Part shown: piece after piece, positions 18,959 through 27,339 of the stretch
Position numbering within the stretch: the stretch's first letter is position 1
Layout: the number at the start of each line of letters is the position of its first letter
Origin: an uncultured Pseudobdellovibrionaceae bacterium
GTDB taxonomy: Bacteria > Bdellovibrionota > Bdellovibrionia > Bdellovibrionales > JAGQZY01
DNA: 33,380 nucleotides
Direction of reading: 5' to 3'
NCBI GenBank assembly: GCA_964523195.1
Contig: CAZFYV010000001.1
Span: forward strand, 1-33,380
Translations under genes and position numbers: made by a program
Notes under the pieces: model-generated
Told to the model about the DNA's origin: nothing
What the model saw: only the letters and a program-made list of their open reading frames with translations
The model's database searches: none

Positions 18959-18987
18959 TTGACATACCCACTGTAGAAGATTTCAAT
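18959..18987 (+). promoter_or_regulatory. Candidate sigma70-type promoter for the M15-like peptidase gene
   Basis: TTGACA (18959-18964), 17-nt spacer, TTCAAT (18982-18987). This would give a leader of about 190 nt. Consensus match by eye only. Confidence 0.3.
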
Positions 18988-19186
18988 ATCTGTGCCTGTT
19001 AGCTTTAAACCTAATTGGTTAAAAGTTTTGTGGTTGAACACTAATCTAACAGTTGAATATTGGGTGGACACTTTTTGGCAATCCGACCTAGGTATTAATC
19101 ATACAATTTCTTATTTTTCATTTCTGATAGGGCGACTAACCTTAATAGTGTGTTTCGAATTGATACACGAATGGGGACATTAGGAG

Positions 19187-20050
19187 TTGGGGGCAGTTTT
19201 GTCTGGTTCAAATCTTTTCAAAAATGCAAAAGTTTTGGCTTTTGCTATTGGGGTGCTTAGCTTTGTATTTGTCTATGAGCTTCAAGATTCTGGTGCAAAA
19301 TCTCTAAAGCCTGTTCTCGGTGATCAAGGTTCACAGCCATTTGACTTTGATGGTGAGTGTAGTGAGTTGAGGTCTGGAGAGAATCAGCGCCTAAAAAACA
19401 TAATTACTCAATTTGGAGGTACTCTTAAAGATCCTTATTCCTATCCAGATACGACAATTGGTTTTGGACAATTTATTTCTGATTCGGGTGTCGTCGATTT
19501 TTCGGGTAGAGAATTGGTTGAACTCCCTCCAGCAGACTCTTCTGACACATTTGAGTTAAGTCGACGAAGAGATGCTCTGTCATGTGGTTTGAGAAATTTA
19601 ATGCCGCCTCCTTGTCGCTGGTATCAGGCTGCTGCTTTGTTTTTAGTAATGCAAAGTATTCAGAGAGAGGTTGGAATACAGGTCGGAAAAATTCGCCATT
19701 GGTATCGTCCCGATTGTTACAATCGAGCACGGGGAGGAGCGCGAAGTAGTGATCATCGGCAAGCTCGCGCTATCGATTTTGATTTTACTTACCCAATAGA
19801 CCGACGCAAAAGCCAAGAGCGCCTTTGTCATTACTTTTGGAAAAACAAAAATTTGAATATTCAAGTCGGGCGCGGCTGCCAAACTCTCCATGTGGGGTTT
19901 GAATCTCCACGTGGTCGACGCACCTGGACATATGCATCTTTATTTAATCAAAGTTGTAGGCCTCAACAGGCACCAGATGATGCTTGCAGGTGGGTCACAG
20001 GCTCATTTTTACCCCAGAGACCAGAACGCTCCGACGAAGACCATAAATAA
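19187..20050 (+). CDS. Putative LAS/M15-type zinc peptidase (D,D-carboxypeptidase/endopeptidase-like), membrane anchored
   Basis: N-terminal anchor VLAFAIGVLSFVFVY. H-x6-D in SSDHRQARAIDFDF and a downstream His in TLHVGFESP, which fits the LAS metallopeptidase pattern. The TTG start at 19187 is poorly spaced from the AGGAG, so the start is uncertain. Confidence 0.6.
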   Translation: MGAVLSGSNLFKNAKVLAFAIGVLSFVFVYELQDSGAKSLKPVLGDQGSQPFDFDGECSELRSGENQRLKNIITQFGGTLKDPYSYPDTTIGFGQFISDSGVVDFSGRELVELPPADSSDTFELSRRRDALSCGLRNLMPPPCRWYQAAALFLVMQSIQREVGIQVGKIRHWYRPDCYNRARGGARSSDHRQARAIDFDFTYPIDRRKSQERLCHYFWKNKNLNIQVGRGCQTLHVGFESPRGRRTWTYASLFNQSCRPQQAPDDACRWVTGSFLPQRPERSDEDHK

Positions 20051-20158
20051 CTTCAAATAACAGCGGTTTAGGCCTCTTACTCTGTGCAACGAACGTAGAC
20101 TTTTTCCTCACAATTCAGTGTCATGGGATATTATTCTTTTTCTGTTGAGGGAACTGTT

Positions 20159-21943
20159 ATGAGAGATTTCTTTAAAATGATGGTCGCATCTGCTGCTGGG
20201 TACTTTATCGCTATTGCGGCTGCGAGTTTTATGTTCGTTATGTCTGTTTCTTTTCTTGCTGCCTTAGGTGGTGGAGGAGGAGCTAGCCCTGTCTCCCTTA
20301 AAGAAAATTCAATATTGCGTATTAACTTAATGGGGCAAATCGTTGAAAGAGATAGTCAGTTTGACTTTAACTTTCCTGGCCCTCTCGGTGGAGATTTCGA
20401 ACCAACAATTGGTCTCTACGATGTTAAAGCGGCGATTGAGCACGCAGCCAATGATGGCAATATTAAAGGGATTTATTTGCGATTTTACGGACCAAGTGGA
20501 AGTTATGCATCTTTTGAATCTCTGCGCAGAAGTTTAGAGAAGTTTAAGGAGTCCGGAAAGTTTATCTATGCTTACTCCGAGTTTTATGGTGAGGCTGATT
20601 CCTATCTAGCAGCGGTCGCTGACAAGATTGTTATGTATCCCCAGGGTTTTCTAGAGTCCAACGGGTTTGCTTCAATTCCAGTTTTTTTCAAAAAGACTTT
20701 AGCAAAACTTGAGATTAAGCCAACGATTTTTAGAGTGGGTGAATTTAAGTCTGCAGTGGAACCTTTTGTTCGAGAATCCATGAGCGAAGAAAATCGCTTG
20801 CAAACAAAAGAGTTGTTAGATGATCTTTGGAATCACTATGCGCTTAAAGTTTCTGAAAAGCGAGATTTTATGGTTGCAGACGTGAATAACTGGGCGAACA
20901 AGCTTTCTGTTATCAGGGCTAAAGATGCTCTTGATAAGAAGCTTGTTACCGAGCTCTCTACTGAGACAACAGTTCTTCAAGAGCTCATGCAAAAAACTGA
21001 ACTAAAAGATGAAAAGAAACCTAGATTTATTGGTTATAAAGGGTATTTGAATGCCTCTGGAGCCTTAAAGAAGTTTGCAATGGATAAGATTGCTGTCTTG
21101 ATGGTGGAAGGCGATATTGTTTACGGTGACTCTGATGAAGATTCGACAGGGTCAGAAACTTTTGTGAAACAGGTTAGAGAAATTGCCCAGGATGACTCTG
21201 TTAAAGGTTTAATTGTAAGAGTAAATAGCCCAGGTGGAGATGCTTTAGCTTCCGATGTTATGCATGAGGAGTTAATGCACTTAAAAAAGAAGATTCCTGT
21301 TTATACCTCTTTTAGCGATGTGGCAGCGTCTGGTGGATATTACTTAGCTGCAGGTTCAACCAAGATCTTGGCTGAAAATACGACTATTACGGGCTCGATT
21401 GGTGTGTTCGGTCTCATGTTCAACACCAAAGACTTTTTTGACTCTAAGTTGGGAATGCAATTTGATCGAGTTGTGACTAATCCTTACGCTGACAATATGA
21501 ATTCGAATCGAGATTTAACCGATCTTGAAAAGAGAAAGGTTCAAGACGTTATTGAATCTATTTACGATCGCTTTCTTTCTCTAGTTAAAGATGGAAGAAA
21601 GTTTGAGTCTCTAGATGCGGTTAAGAAAATAGCTGGTGGAAGAGTTTGGTCAGGTCGAAAGGCCTTGGAACTTGGGTTGGTGGATGAGCTTGGAGGCTTG
21701 GACACAGCTGTTGAAATGATGACCTCAGAGCTAAATATTAAAGATTTCAAAGTTCAGTTTTATCCTGGAGAGAAGGGGCCATTAGAAGCCTTGCTAAAGA
21801 AGTTTGGCGCTTCACTTTCTGATATCCTTGAAAGTCGCTTTGGGCTTTATTCTCACACTGGTGTAGATGTTAAAACGATTGAAAAAGTTAAAAGTTTTGA
21901 AGGAATTCAAGCCAGAATGCCGTTTGAATTTAAATTTCAATAG
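20159..21943 (+). CDS. sppA: Signal peptide peptidase A, 67K (tandem S49) type
   Basis: Two S49 repeats. Motifs SPGGDALASD and AASGGYYLAAG. N-terminal TM helix. ATG 20159 has GAGGGA plus a 6-nt spacer; the track start at 20123 adds 12 aa. Confidence 0.9.
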   Translation: MRDFFKMMVASAAGYFIAIAAASFMFVMSVSFLAALGGGGGASPVSLKENSILRINLMGQIVERDSQFDFNFPGPLGGDFEPTIGLYDVKAAIEHAANDGNIKGIYLRFYGPSGSYASFESLRRSLEKFKESGKFIYAYSEFYGEADSYLAAVADKIVMYPQGFLESNGFASIPVFFKKTLAKLEIKPTIFRVGEFKSAVEPFVRESMSEENRLQTKELLDDLWNHYALKVSEKRDFMVADVNNWANKLSVIRAKDALDKKLVTELSTETTVLQELMQKTELKDEKKPRFIGYKGYLNASGALKKFAMDKIAVLMVEGDIVYGDSDEDSTGSETFVKQVREIAQDDSVKGLIVRVNSPGGDALASDVMHEELMHLKKKIPVYTSFSDVAASGGYYLAAGSTKILAENTTITGSIGVFGLMFNTKDFFDSKLGMQFDRVVTNPYADNMNSNRDLTDLEKRKVQDVIESIYDRFLSLVKDGRKFESLDAVKKIAGGRVWSGRKALELGLVDELGGLDTAVEMMTSELNIKDFKVQFYPGEKGPLEALLKKFGASLSDILESRFGLYSHTGVDVKTIEKVKSFEGIQARMPFEFKFQ

Positions 21944-21955
21944 GTTCCAGGAGGC

Positions 21956-22573
21956 GTGTTGAAGGTAAAACATGTCGTTTTTGATTTTGGAGGAGTCCTA
22001 TACAATATTGATGTAGGACTTTCTGTTAAAGCGTTCGATGATTTATTCGTTAAGTATCCATACTGCGAGCGCTCAGAGTTAATGAACCATGAAACTGTAG
22101 ATAAGTTTGAAAGAGGTCATTACTCTCCTGATGAGTTTCGAGCTCTCATTAGTGCAAGGCTCAAGAATATGGTTAAAGATCATGAGATTGACGATGCTTG
22201 GAGAAAACTTTTACTGGGAGTTTTTCCAGATCGCGAACAGAAACTGAGGGACTTGAAAACGAGAGTGCCAATTTCATTATTGTCGAATACAAGCTCAATA
22301 CACTACGAGTATTTTTCTCCACAGTGTTCGGATCTACTGGGTTTGTTTGAAAAGCAATTTCTTTCCTTTGAGATGGGGCAGAGAAAGCCTGACCACGAGA
22401 TCTACCACACTATGATTGAAGAATTGGGATTGAAACCGGGAGAGGTCGTTTTTGTCGATGATCTTGCGGAAAATATCAAGGCCGCTAATGAGACGGGAAT
22501 AAAAGGTATTCACCTTAGCCACTCGGATAAATTTGATGATGTCTTGGCGGAGATAGAAGGGTTGATTAATTAA
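21956..22573 (+). CDS. HAD-superfamily hydrolase/phosphatase (subfamily IA-like)
   Basis: Motif I VVFDFGGVL, motif II LLSNTS, motif III Lys in QRKPDHEIY, motif IV FVDDLAEN. Strong SD CCAGGAGG. Its stop lies 1 nt before the ATG of the first radical SAM gene. Confidence 0.85.
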   Translation: MLKVKHVVFDFGGVLYNIDVGLSVKAFDDLFVKYPYCERSELMNHETVDKFERGHYSPDEFRALISARLKNMVKDHEIDDAWRKLLLGVFPDREQKLRDLKTRVPISLLSNTSSIHYEYFSPQCSDLLGLFEKQFLSFEMGQRKPDHEIYHTMIEELGLKPGEVVFVDDLAENIKAANETGIKGIHLSHSDKFDDVLAEIEGLIN

Positions 22574-22574
22574 T

Positions 22575-23747
22575 ATGGAAAAGGTCAAAGAAACAAGCGA
22601 GACATTTTGGTCAACTTATGATTTCCGCGATATACCCTATGAAGATATCGAGCTCGTCGGGCAGAGGTCTCTACTTTATCGCGATCTTTTTTGCGTGAGT
22701 TGGCTTCTAGGGCGTTTTTGCAATTACAAGTGTTCATATTGCTGGCCTTATGCTCGATCCGATACTAAAGATCATAGAACAACTGAACTCGTAATAAACA
22801 CCTTGGACGAGATAAAACGTCAGGCCCGAGAACGAGGTTTCAATTCTTTCCATTTCTCTTTTTCTGGTGGCGAACCGACGCTTCATCCTGGGTATCTAAA
22901 AATTATCCAGCACTACGCTGATGATTTAGAGAATACGAACTATCAGTCCCTTCACATGACAAGCAATATGAGTCCCGGTGTAGGCTGGCTCAAGAAATAT
23001 GCTTCGGTAACGAAAGATTTTCATCGTGTCAGTGTAACGGCAAGTTATCATAAGGAGTTTGCAAAAAAGGAAAGCTTTTCGGATAAGCTCGTTTTTCTTC
23101 AAGAAAATGATATTCAAGTGACGATTAATATGGTTATGGTTCCGGATCGTTTTGATTTATTGTGGGATGATGCTTTGTATTTTCACGAAAAAGGTATCAA
23201 TGTGACTCTCAAGCCACAAAGTGACCCCACAGCTTCTAACGTTGTTAGTGGGTACACCCAGGAGATGCTCGACCGTTTACAAAACGGCATGCCTCAAATG
23301 GATTACACTAAGAAGCGCCTAAAGGACCACGAAAAGCAGTCTCAAAGACCTAAGTATCATGGTCCGAAGAACAAAGTTCTCTTTGATCAAGAAAACTCTG
23401 ATGTGCCGGCAACTATGCAAGTTGAGTTTAAAGATAAAGCCAAAAAGACTTGGTATATGGATCAGGCAGAAAGATTTAATGCTTTTAATTTTAACAAATT
23501 CAAAGGCTGGGAATGTTCCTCTGGATATCGAAGTATAATCATTCGAGAGCCTGATGGGAATATCAAGCGCAGCTATAGTTGCCATGATGAACCTCTCGGA
23601 AATATTGAAACAGGTTTCCAGCTGTTCGAGAAGCCAGAGCCATGTAAGACTCCAAGTTGTGTCAGCAGTGCTGACAGTAAAATTCCAAAGAGAAAGCCCG
23701 GAGCGCAATGGCCTCTCTGGCCTGGTGATGAAACCTTTAAATCTTAG
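22575..23747 (+). CDS. Radical SAM enzyme A (singleton) with a C-terminal Cys-rich twitch/SPASM-like module
   Basis: CX3CX2C = CNYKCSYC (nt 22719-22742). SAM-binding FSGGEPT. The C-terminal segment WECSSGYRSIIIREPDGNIKRSYSCHDEPLGN...PCKTPSC supplies four extra Cys. Confidence 0.85.
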   Translation: MEKVKETSETFWSTYDFRDIPYEDIELVGQRSLLYRDLFCVSWLLGRFCNYKCSYCWPYARSDTKDHRTTELVINTLDEIKRQARERGFNSFHFSFSGGEPTLHPGYLKIIQHYADDLENTNYQSLHMTSNMSPGVGWLKKYASVTKDFHRVSVTASYHKEFAKKESFSDKLVFLQENDIQVTINMVMVPDRFDLLWDDALYFHEKGINVTLKPQSDPTASNVVSGYTQEMLDRLQNGMPQMDYTKKRLKDHEKQSQRPKYHGPKNKVLFDQENSDVPATMQVEFKDKAKKTWYMDQAERFNAFNFNKFKGWECSSGYRSIIIREPDGNIKRSYSCHDEPLGNIETGFQLFEKPEPCKTPSCVSSADSKIPKRKPGAQWPLWPGDETFKS

Positions 23748-23755
23748 AGAGTCCC

Positions 23756-24832
23756 ATGTATAGCTACGATTCCATAAAACATGTGCATCTAGAACTTACC
23801 TCTAAGTGTAATGCCCGTTGTCCAATGTGTTTGCGGACATTGTCTGGTGGGAAATTGAATCCGCAGCTACCTCTGACCGAATTGAATCTTGATGATATCA
23901 AAAAAATCTTTACACCGGAGTTCGTAAAGCAGTTGGATCGTATCTACATGTGTGGAAACTATGGAGATCCAATCGCAGCGAAAGAGACTCTAGAGATTTT
24001 TCAATATTTTAGATCTTTGTCCTCTACTATTCGATTGGAGATGTTCACGAATGGTTCTCTGAAAGGCAAAGAGTGGTGGGTTGAATTAGCAAAAGTGGTA
24101 AGTTTGGTTCATTTTTCAATCGACGGACTTGAAGATACGAATCATCTTTATCGAAAAGGGACTCAGTTTCCAAAAATAATGGAAAATGCTGAAGCATATC
24201 TTGGAGCTGGAGGTCGAGCCTTCTGGGACTTTATTGTTTTTAAACACAATGAGCACCAGATTGATGAGGTTAAGTCTTTGGCTGAAAAAATGGGCTTTGA
24301 AAAAATAAGTGTCAAAAAGACAGGCCGATTCTTTAGTAATGAAAGATCTAAAGTAAAAGAACAGCAAGAAGTCTTAGATTTAAATGGTGAGGTCGAGTAT
24401 TACCTGGAGATGCCAGATAATGTTGAATACCACAACACTAGCTTGCAGAAAGAACAGGCCCTTGTTGAACGCTATGGAAGTTTAGAGAATTACCTCAATA
24501 AAACGCCCGTGCTTTGTAAGGTAGCAAAAGAAAAGAGTCTATATATATCGGCTGAAGGCCTAGCGTTTCCATGCTGTTGGACCGGTAATCAGCTTTATCC
24601 TTGGTATTTTAAAGAGCGTGGTTCGCCTATTTGGAAAATGATTGATGAGCTTGGTGGAAAGTCGGCTCTATCTGCAATTGAGCGGCCTTTGCAGGAAATT
24701 GTCGAAGGACCGTTTTTTAATCAATCTTTACCAGACTCTTGGGGTAAATCTTCGATTAAAGAAGGTAAGTTAAAAGTCTGTGCTAAGACATGTGGAAGTG
24801 AGTTCGATCCTTTTGGTGACCAATTCAAATAG
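23756..24832 (+). CDS. Radical SAM enzyme B (paralog of C) with a C-terminal twitch/SPASM-like module
   Basis: LELTSKCNARCPMC. The GGE motif is replaced by MCGNYGDP. Also TNGS and SIDG. The C-terminal CKVAKEKSLYISAEGLAFPCCW ... CAKTC is a typical auxiliary-cluster pattern. Confidence 0.85.
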   Translation: MYSYDSIKHVHLELTSKCNARCPMCLRTLSGGKLNPQLPLTELNLDDIKKIFTPEFVKQLDRIYMCGNYGDPIAAKETLEIFQYFRSLSSTIRLEMFTNGSLKGKEWWVELAKVVSLVHFSIDGLEDTNHLYRKGTQFPKIMENAEAYLGAGGRAFWDFIVFKHNEHQIDEVKSLAEKMGFEKISVKKTGRFFSNERSKVKEQQEVLDLNGEVEYYLEMPDNVEYHNTSLQKEQALVERYGSLENYLNKTPVLCKVAKEKSLYISAEGLAFPCCWTGNQLYPWYFKERGSPIWKMIDELGGKSALSAIERPLQEIVEGPFFNQSLPDSWGKSSIKEGKLKVCAKTCGSEFDPFGDQFK

Positions 24833-24844
24833 GTATTTAGTTCT

Positions 24845-25951
24845 ATGGAAAATAGATTTAATTTTCAGTTATACAAATGGCATTTAGAAATTAGCACCAA
24901 ATGCGCTCTTAAGTGTCCTCGATGCCCTAGAACAGAAAAACCTGGGCAATACACCGTAGGGGAAATGTCGCTTGATTTTATTCGCGAGACCTTTACGCCA
25001 GACTTTCTCAAAACATATGTAAAAAGAATCATTTTATGCGGCGGTCAAGGTGATCCTATATATCATGGAAAATTTCATGATGTGATTCGGTACTTTAAAA
25101 CGGCACACCCGGGACTATCGCTGCAGATTACCACTAATGGTTCCTACAGGAGTAAAGAATGGTGGGAAGAGGTTGCCGGCATATTAGATGAAAAAGATAT
25201 TGTTGTTTTTTCCGTTGATGGGTGGGACCAGGAGTCGAACGAAAAGTATCGAGAGGGCTGTGATTTTTCTTCGATAGAAGATGCCATTAAGGTTATGTCG
25301 AAATCTTTAGCTCACATACGGTGGACAGCTATTGCATTTAAATTTAATCAAGACAGGCTCGAGGAGATGTCTGAAAAGGCTGAAGCTCTGGGCTGCGACT
25401 CCTTTACTGTTACATTGAGTTCTCTTTTTGGGAGCCAAAATTCATTTTATCTCGATGAAAATGGCGAAGATTTGCTAGAGCCAACTAAAGAAAACTTGCG
25501 AACACAATGGGGAAGGCACCAGAGAGTGTTTTTGGGAGCTGAATCCAAAATTGATGTGCAAGCCCCTTTTGTTGAATTGATGGAAGAGCGAGTTGGTGAG
25601 CTCAATTCTGAATTCAAAGATAAGTATATAAAACCACTCTGTTTGACCGGAATGAAGGCTATGTATGTTGATGTGGATGGCATTTTCTATCCTTGCTCTT
25701 GGCTCTCTCATCCTTTTGGAGTGCGAAAAAGCAAAGTGTCAGGGCGAGAAATAAAATATAATGATTCACTCTTTGTTAAGTATAAATCCGAGTTCGATCT
25801 CAACTTGAAATCTATTGAGCAAGTTATTAATTCAAGCCATCTTGGGGATTTAGTTCAGGGTTGGAAATCTGCAGATCAAAGTTTCATTGAGTGTGAGCAA
25901 AAGTGCCTTGCGCCCTGGGAGAAGTTTTTGGAGCAAAGAACTTCGGTTTAG
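24845..25951 (+). CDS. Radical SAM enzyme C (paralog of B) with a C-terminal twitch/SPASM-like module
   Basis: LEISTKCALKCPRC, LCGGQGDP, TTNGS, SVDG. The C-terminal segment is CLTGMKAMYVDVDGIFYPCSW ... CEQKC. Collinear with B (FTPEFVKQ / FTPDFLKT). Confidence 0.85.
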   Translation: MENRFNFQLYKWHLEISTKCALKCPRCPRTEKPGQYTVGEMSLDFIRETFTPDFLKTYVKRIILCGGQGDPIYHGKFHDVIRYFKTAHPGLSLQITTNGSYRSKEWWEEVAGILDEKDIVVFSVDGWDQESNEKYREGCDFSSIEDAIKVMSKSLAHIRWTAIAFKFNQDRLEEMSEKAEALGCDSFTVTLSSLFGSQNSFYLDENGEDLLEPTKENLRTQWGRHQRVFLGAESKIDVQAPFVELMEERVGELNSEFKDKYIKPLCLTGMKAMYVDVDGIFYPCSWLSHPFGVRKSKVSGREIKYNDSLFVKYKSEFDLNLKSIEQVINSSHLGDLVQGWKSADQSFIECEQKCLAPWEKFLEQRTSV

Positions 25952-27339
25952 GTATAAAGGTCTTCGACTGGTGGTTTATTTTTAAGATCCAGTCTAGCGG
26001 CTTCTTCTTCAATAATTTTAAAAAGATCTGGGTCAGCTATTTCTAGAGAATGTCCCCTGATTTCATCAAGGCGTTTGTGTGCAGCCCAAAATGATTTGAA
26101 TAGGTTATCCCTGCGGTTTTTCTCTAAAAAGTTCAAGGTGGAATCTTTGATTTTTAAAAACTTCTCGAGTTGGTGATTATCAAGCTTAGATTCAGCCAGG
26201 CGACTTTTTAATTCGTTTTCGTAATTTATAAATGATTTAACCGCGTGTTCTGCCCATTTCTTGGTCATGGCAGCGATACTTAAGTAGCTCGGTTGGTGAA
26301 GAAGATGAGTGCTTAAAACTAGAGTTCTTCCAGATTTTCTGCCAATCTTTTTAAAATCGGATTGAAGTACCCATTCAAAAAGGCGTGGAATATCAGCGAG
26401 ATTGTAATTCATAACTGTGACCGCAAACCAAACCACATATCGGTCGTCAGCTGCCTCATCTAGTTTTTTAATATTTTTTTCTAAGTTGGCCCACTTTGAC
26501 GGGTATCGAATGTAGTTATTGAGGTCACCAATGGCGTCAATTGAAATTCCAATGGAAACCTTTTTAAAGTTCTTCCACAATCTAATTGCTTTGTCAGGAA
26601 GAACCGTGAGATTTGTATTGTACTCCAGCTCAATATTTTTTGCTTTATCCATTTCTACAAGATGTTCTAAAAATTCATAATGCTTATTTATAAGTAAAGG
26701 TTCACCACCCACAAGATATAGCAACTCGAGATCGTCAATATTTACCTTTAAGTCTTGCCATGACTGGGAGTTATTCATCCAGTTATAGGAATCATCAGCC
26801 GAACGATAGGATCCGTCCTTAAGTTTCAATTCAACTTTACCATGAGTGTCGCTAAAGGTCTCTCGTTCATAGAGCTTAACGTGATCATCATACCAAGCGG
26901 AACTCTCTGTTGGGTTGCAGCTTCGGCATTTCAAATTGCATTGGTTTCCCAGTCTTAGCTCATAAAACTTAACAGGAACGTCATCGGTAGAAATAGTACC
27001 ATCAGGTGATGTTCTTTGAGTGAGATCTTGAGGAGGAAGGTCTTCCCAGTGTCTCTGCTCAAGAATTCTGCGGCTCTCTATTCCAGAGTCCTCTTCTTGT
27101 TTGCATCTTGCACAGACAGGGTGCCATTTCCCTTCGAGCATGGCCTTTCTGACTTCTTTTAACGTTTGAGAGTTTCGAGATTCAGTTAAAGAGTCTTGGC
27201 CGATTCTATACTCGGTTCCATCATCTTTAGTCAATGAGCCTTTGTTGGGGCCAGAATTTGCTGCACAACAAACTCTCAGATGTCCATTGGTTCTTGTGCC
27301 TTGAAAAATCCATGGTAAATAACAAAAGGTCTTGGTCAT
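25948..27339 (-). CDS. Radical SAM enzyme D with an N-terminal twitch-like Cys module (paralog of E and H)
   Basis: N-terminus FCYLPWIFQGTRTNGHLRVCC ... CARC. Core CNLKCRSC, VGGEPLL, and IRYPSKW conserved in all three paralogs. The start overlaps the stop of E (ATGA). Confidence 0.85.
   Translation of the reverse strand: MTKTFCYLPWIFQGTRTNGHLRVCCAANSGPNKGSLTKDDGTEYRIGQDSLTESRNSQTLKEVRKAMLEGKWHPVCARCKQEEDSGIESRRILEQRHWEDLPPQDLTQRTSPDGTISTDDVPVKFYELRLGNQCNLKCRSCNPTESSAWYDDHVKLYERETFSDTHGKVELKLKDGSYRSADDSYNWMNNSQSWQDLKVNIDDLELLYLVGGEPLLINKHYEFLEHLVEMDKAKNIELEYNTNLTVLPDKAIRLWKNFKKVSIGISIDAIGDLNNYIRYPSKWANLEKNIKKLDEAADDRYVVWFAVTVMNYNLADIPRLFEWVLQSDFKKIGRKSGRTLVLSTHLLHQPSYLSIAAMTKKWAEHAVKSFINYENELKSRLAESKLDNHQLEKFLKIKDSTLNFLEKNRRDNLFKSFWAAHKRLDEIRGHSLEIADPDLFKIIEEEAARLDLKNKPPVEDLYT

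Noticed and set aside
22719-22742. CNYKCSYC in radical SAM A resembles the viperin CNYKCGFC cluster loop (antiviral ddhNTP synthase idea)
   Set aside because: The similarity is confined to the cluster loop and the generic GGEP motif shared by many radical SAM enzymes. A is longer, has a different N-terminus and a Cys-rich C-terminal module that viperins lack. There is no adjacent nucleotide kinase. I cannot support this call without a profile search.
23319-23708. 129-aa antisense ORFs inside radical SAM A (23319-23708, minus) and inside F (29125-29514, plus)
   Set aside because: Both fully overlap ORFs with clear domain motifs. Their translations are Leu/Ile/Phe-rich, as expected for the antisense frame of AT-rich genes, and there is no independent start context.
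26698-26712. 15-nt exact inverted match between D (26698-26712) and H (31249-31263), considered as possible terminal inverted repeats of a mobile element
   Set aside because: The match (GTGGGTGGTGAACCT) simply encodes the conserved VGGEP SAM-binding motif in two oppositely oriented paralogs. There is no transposase, no target-site duplication and no extended identity around it.
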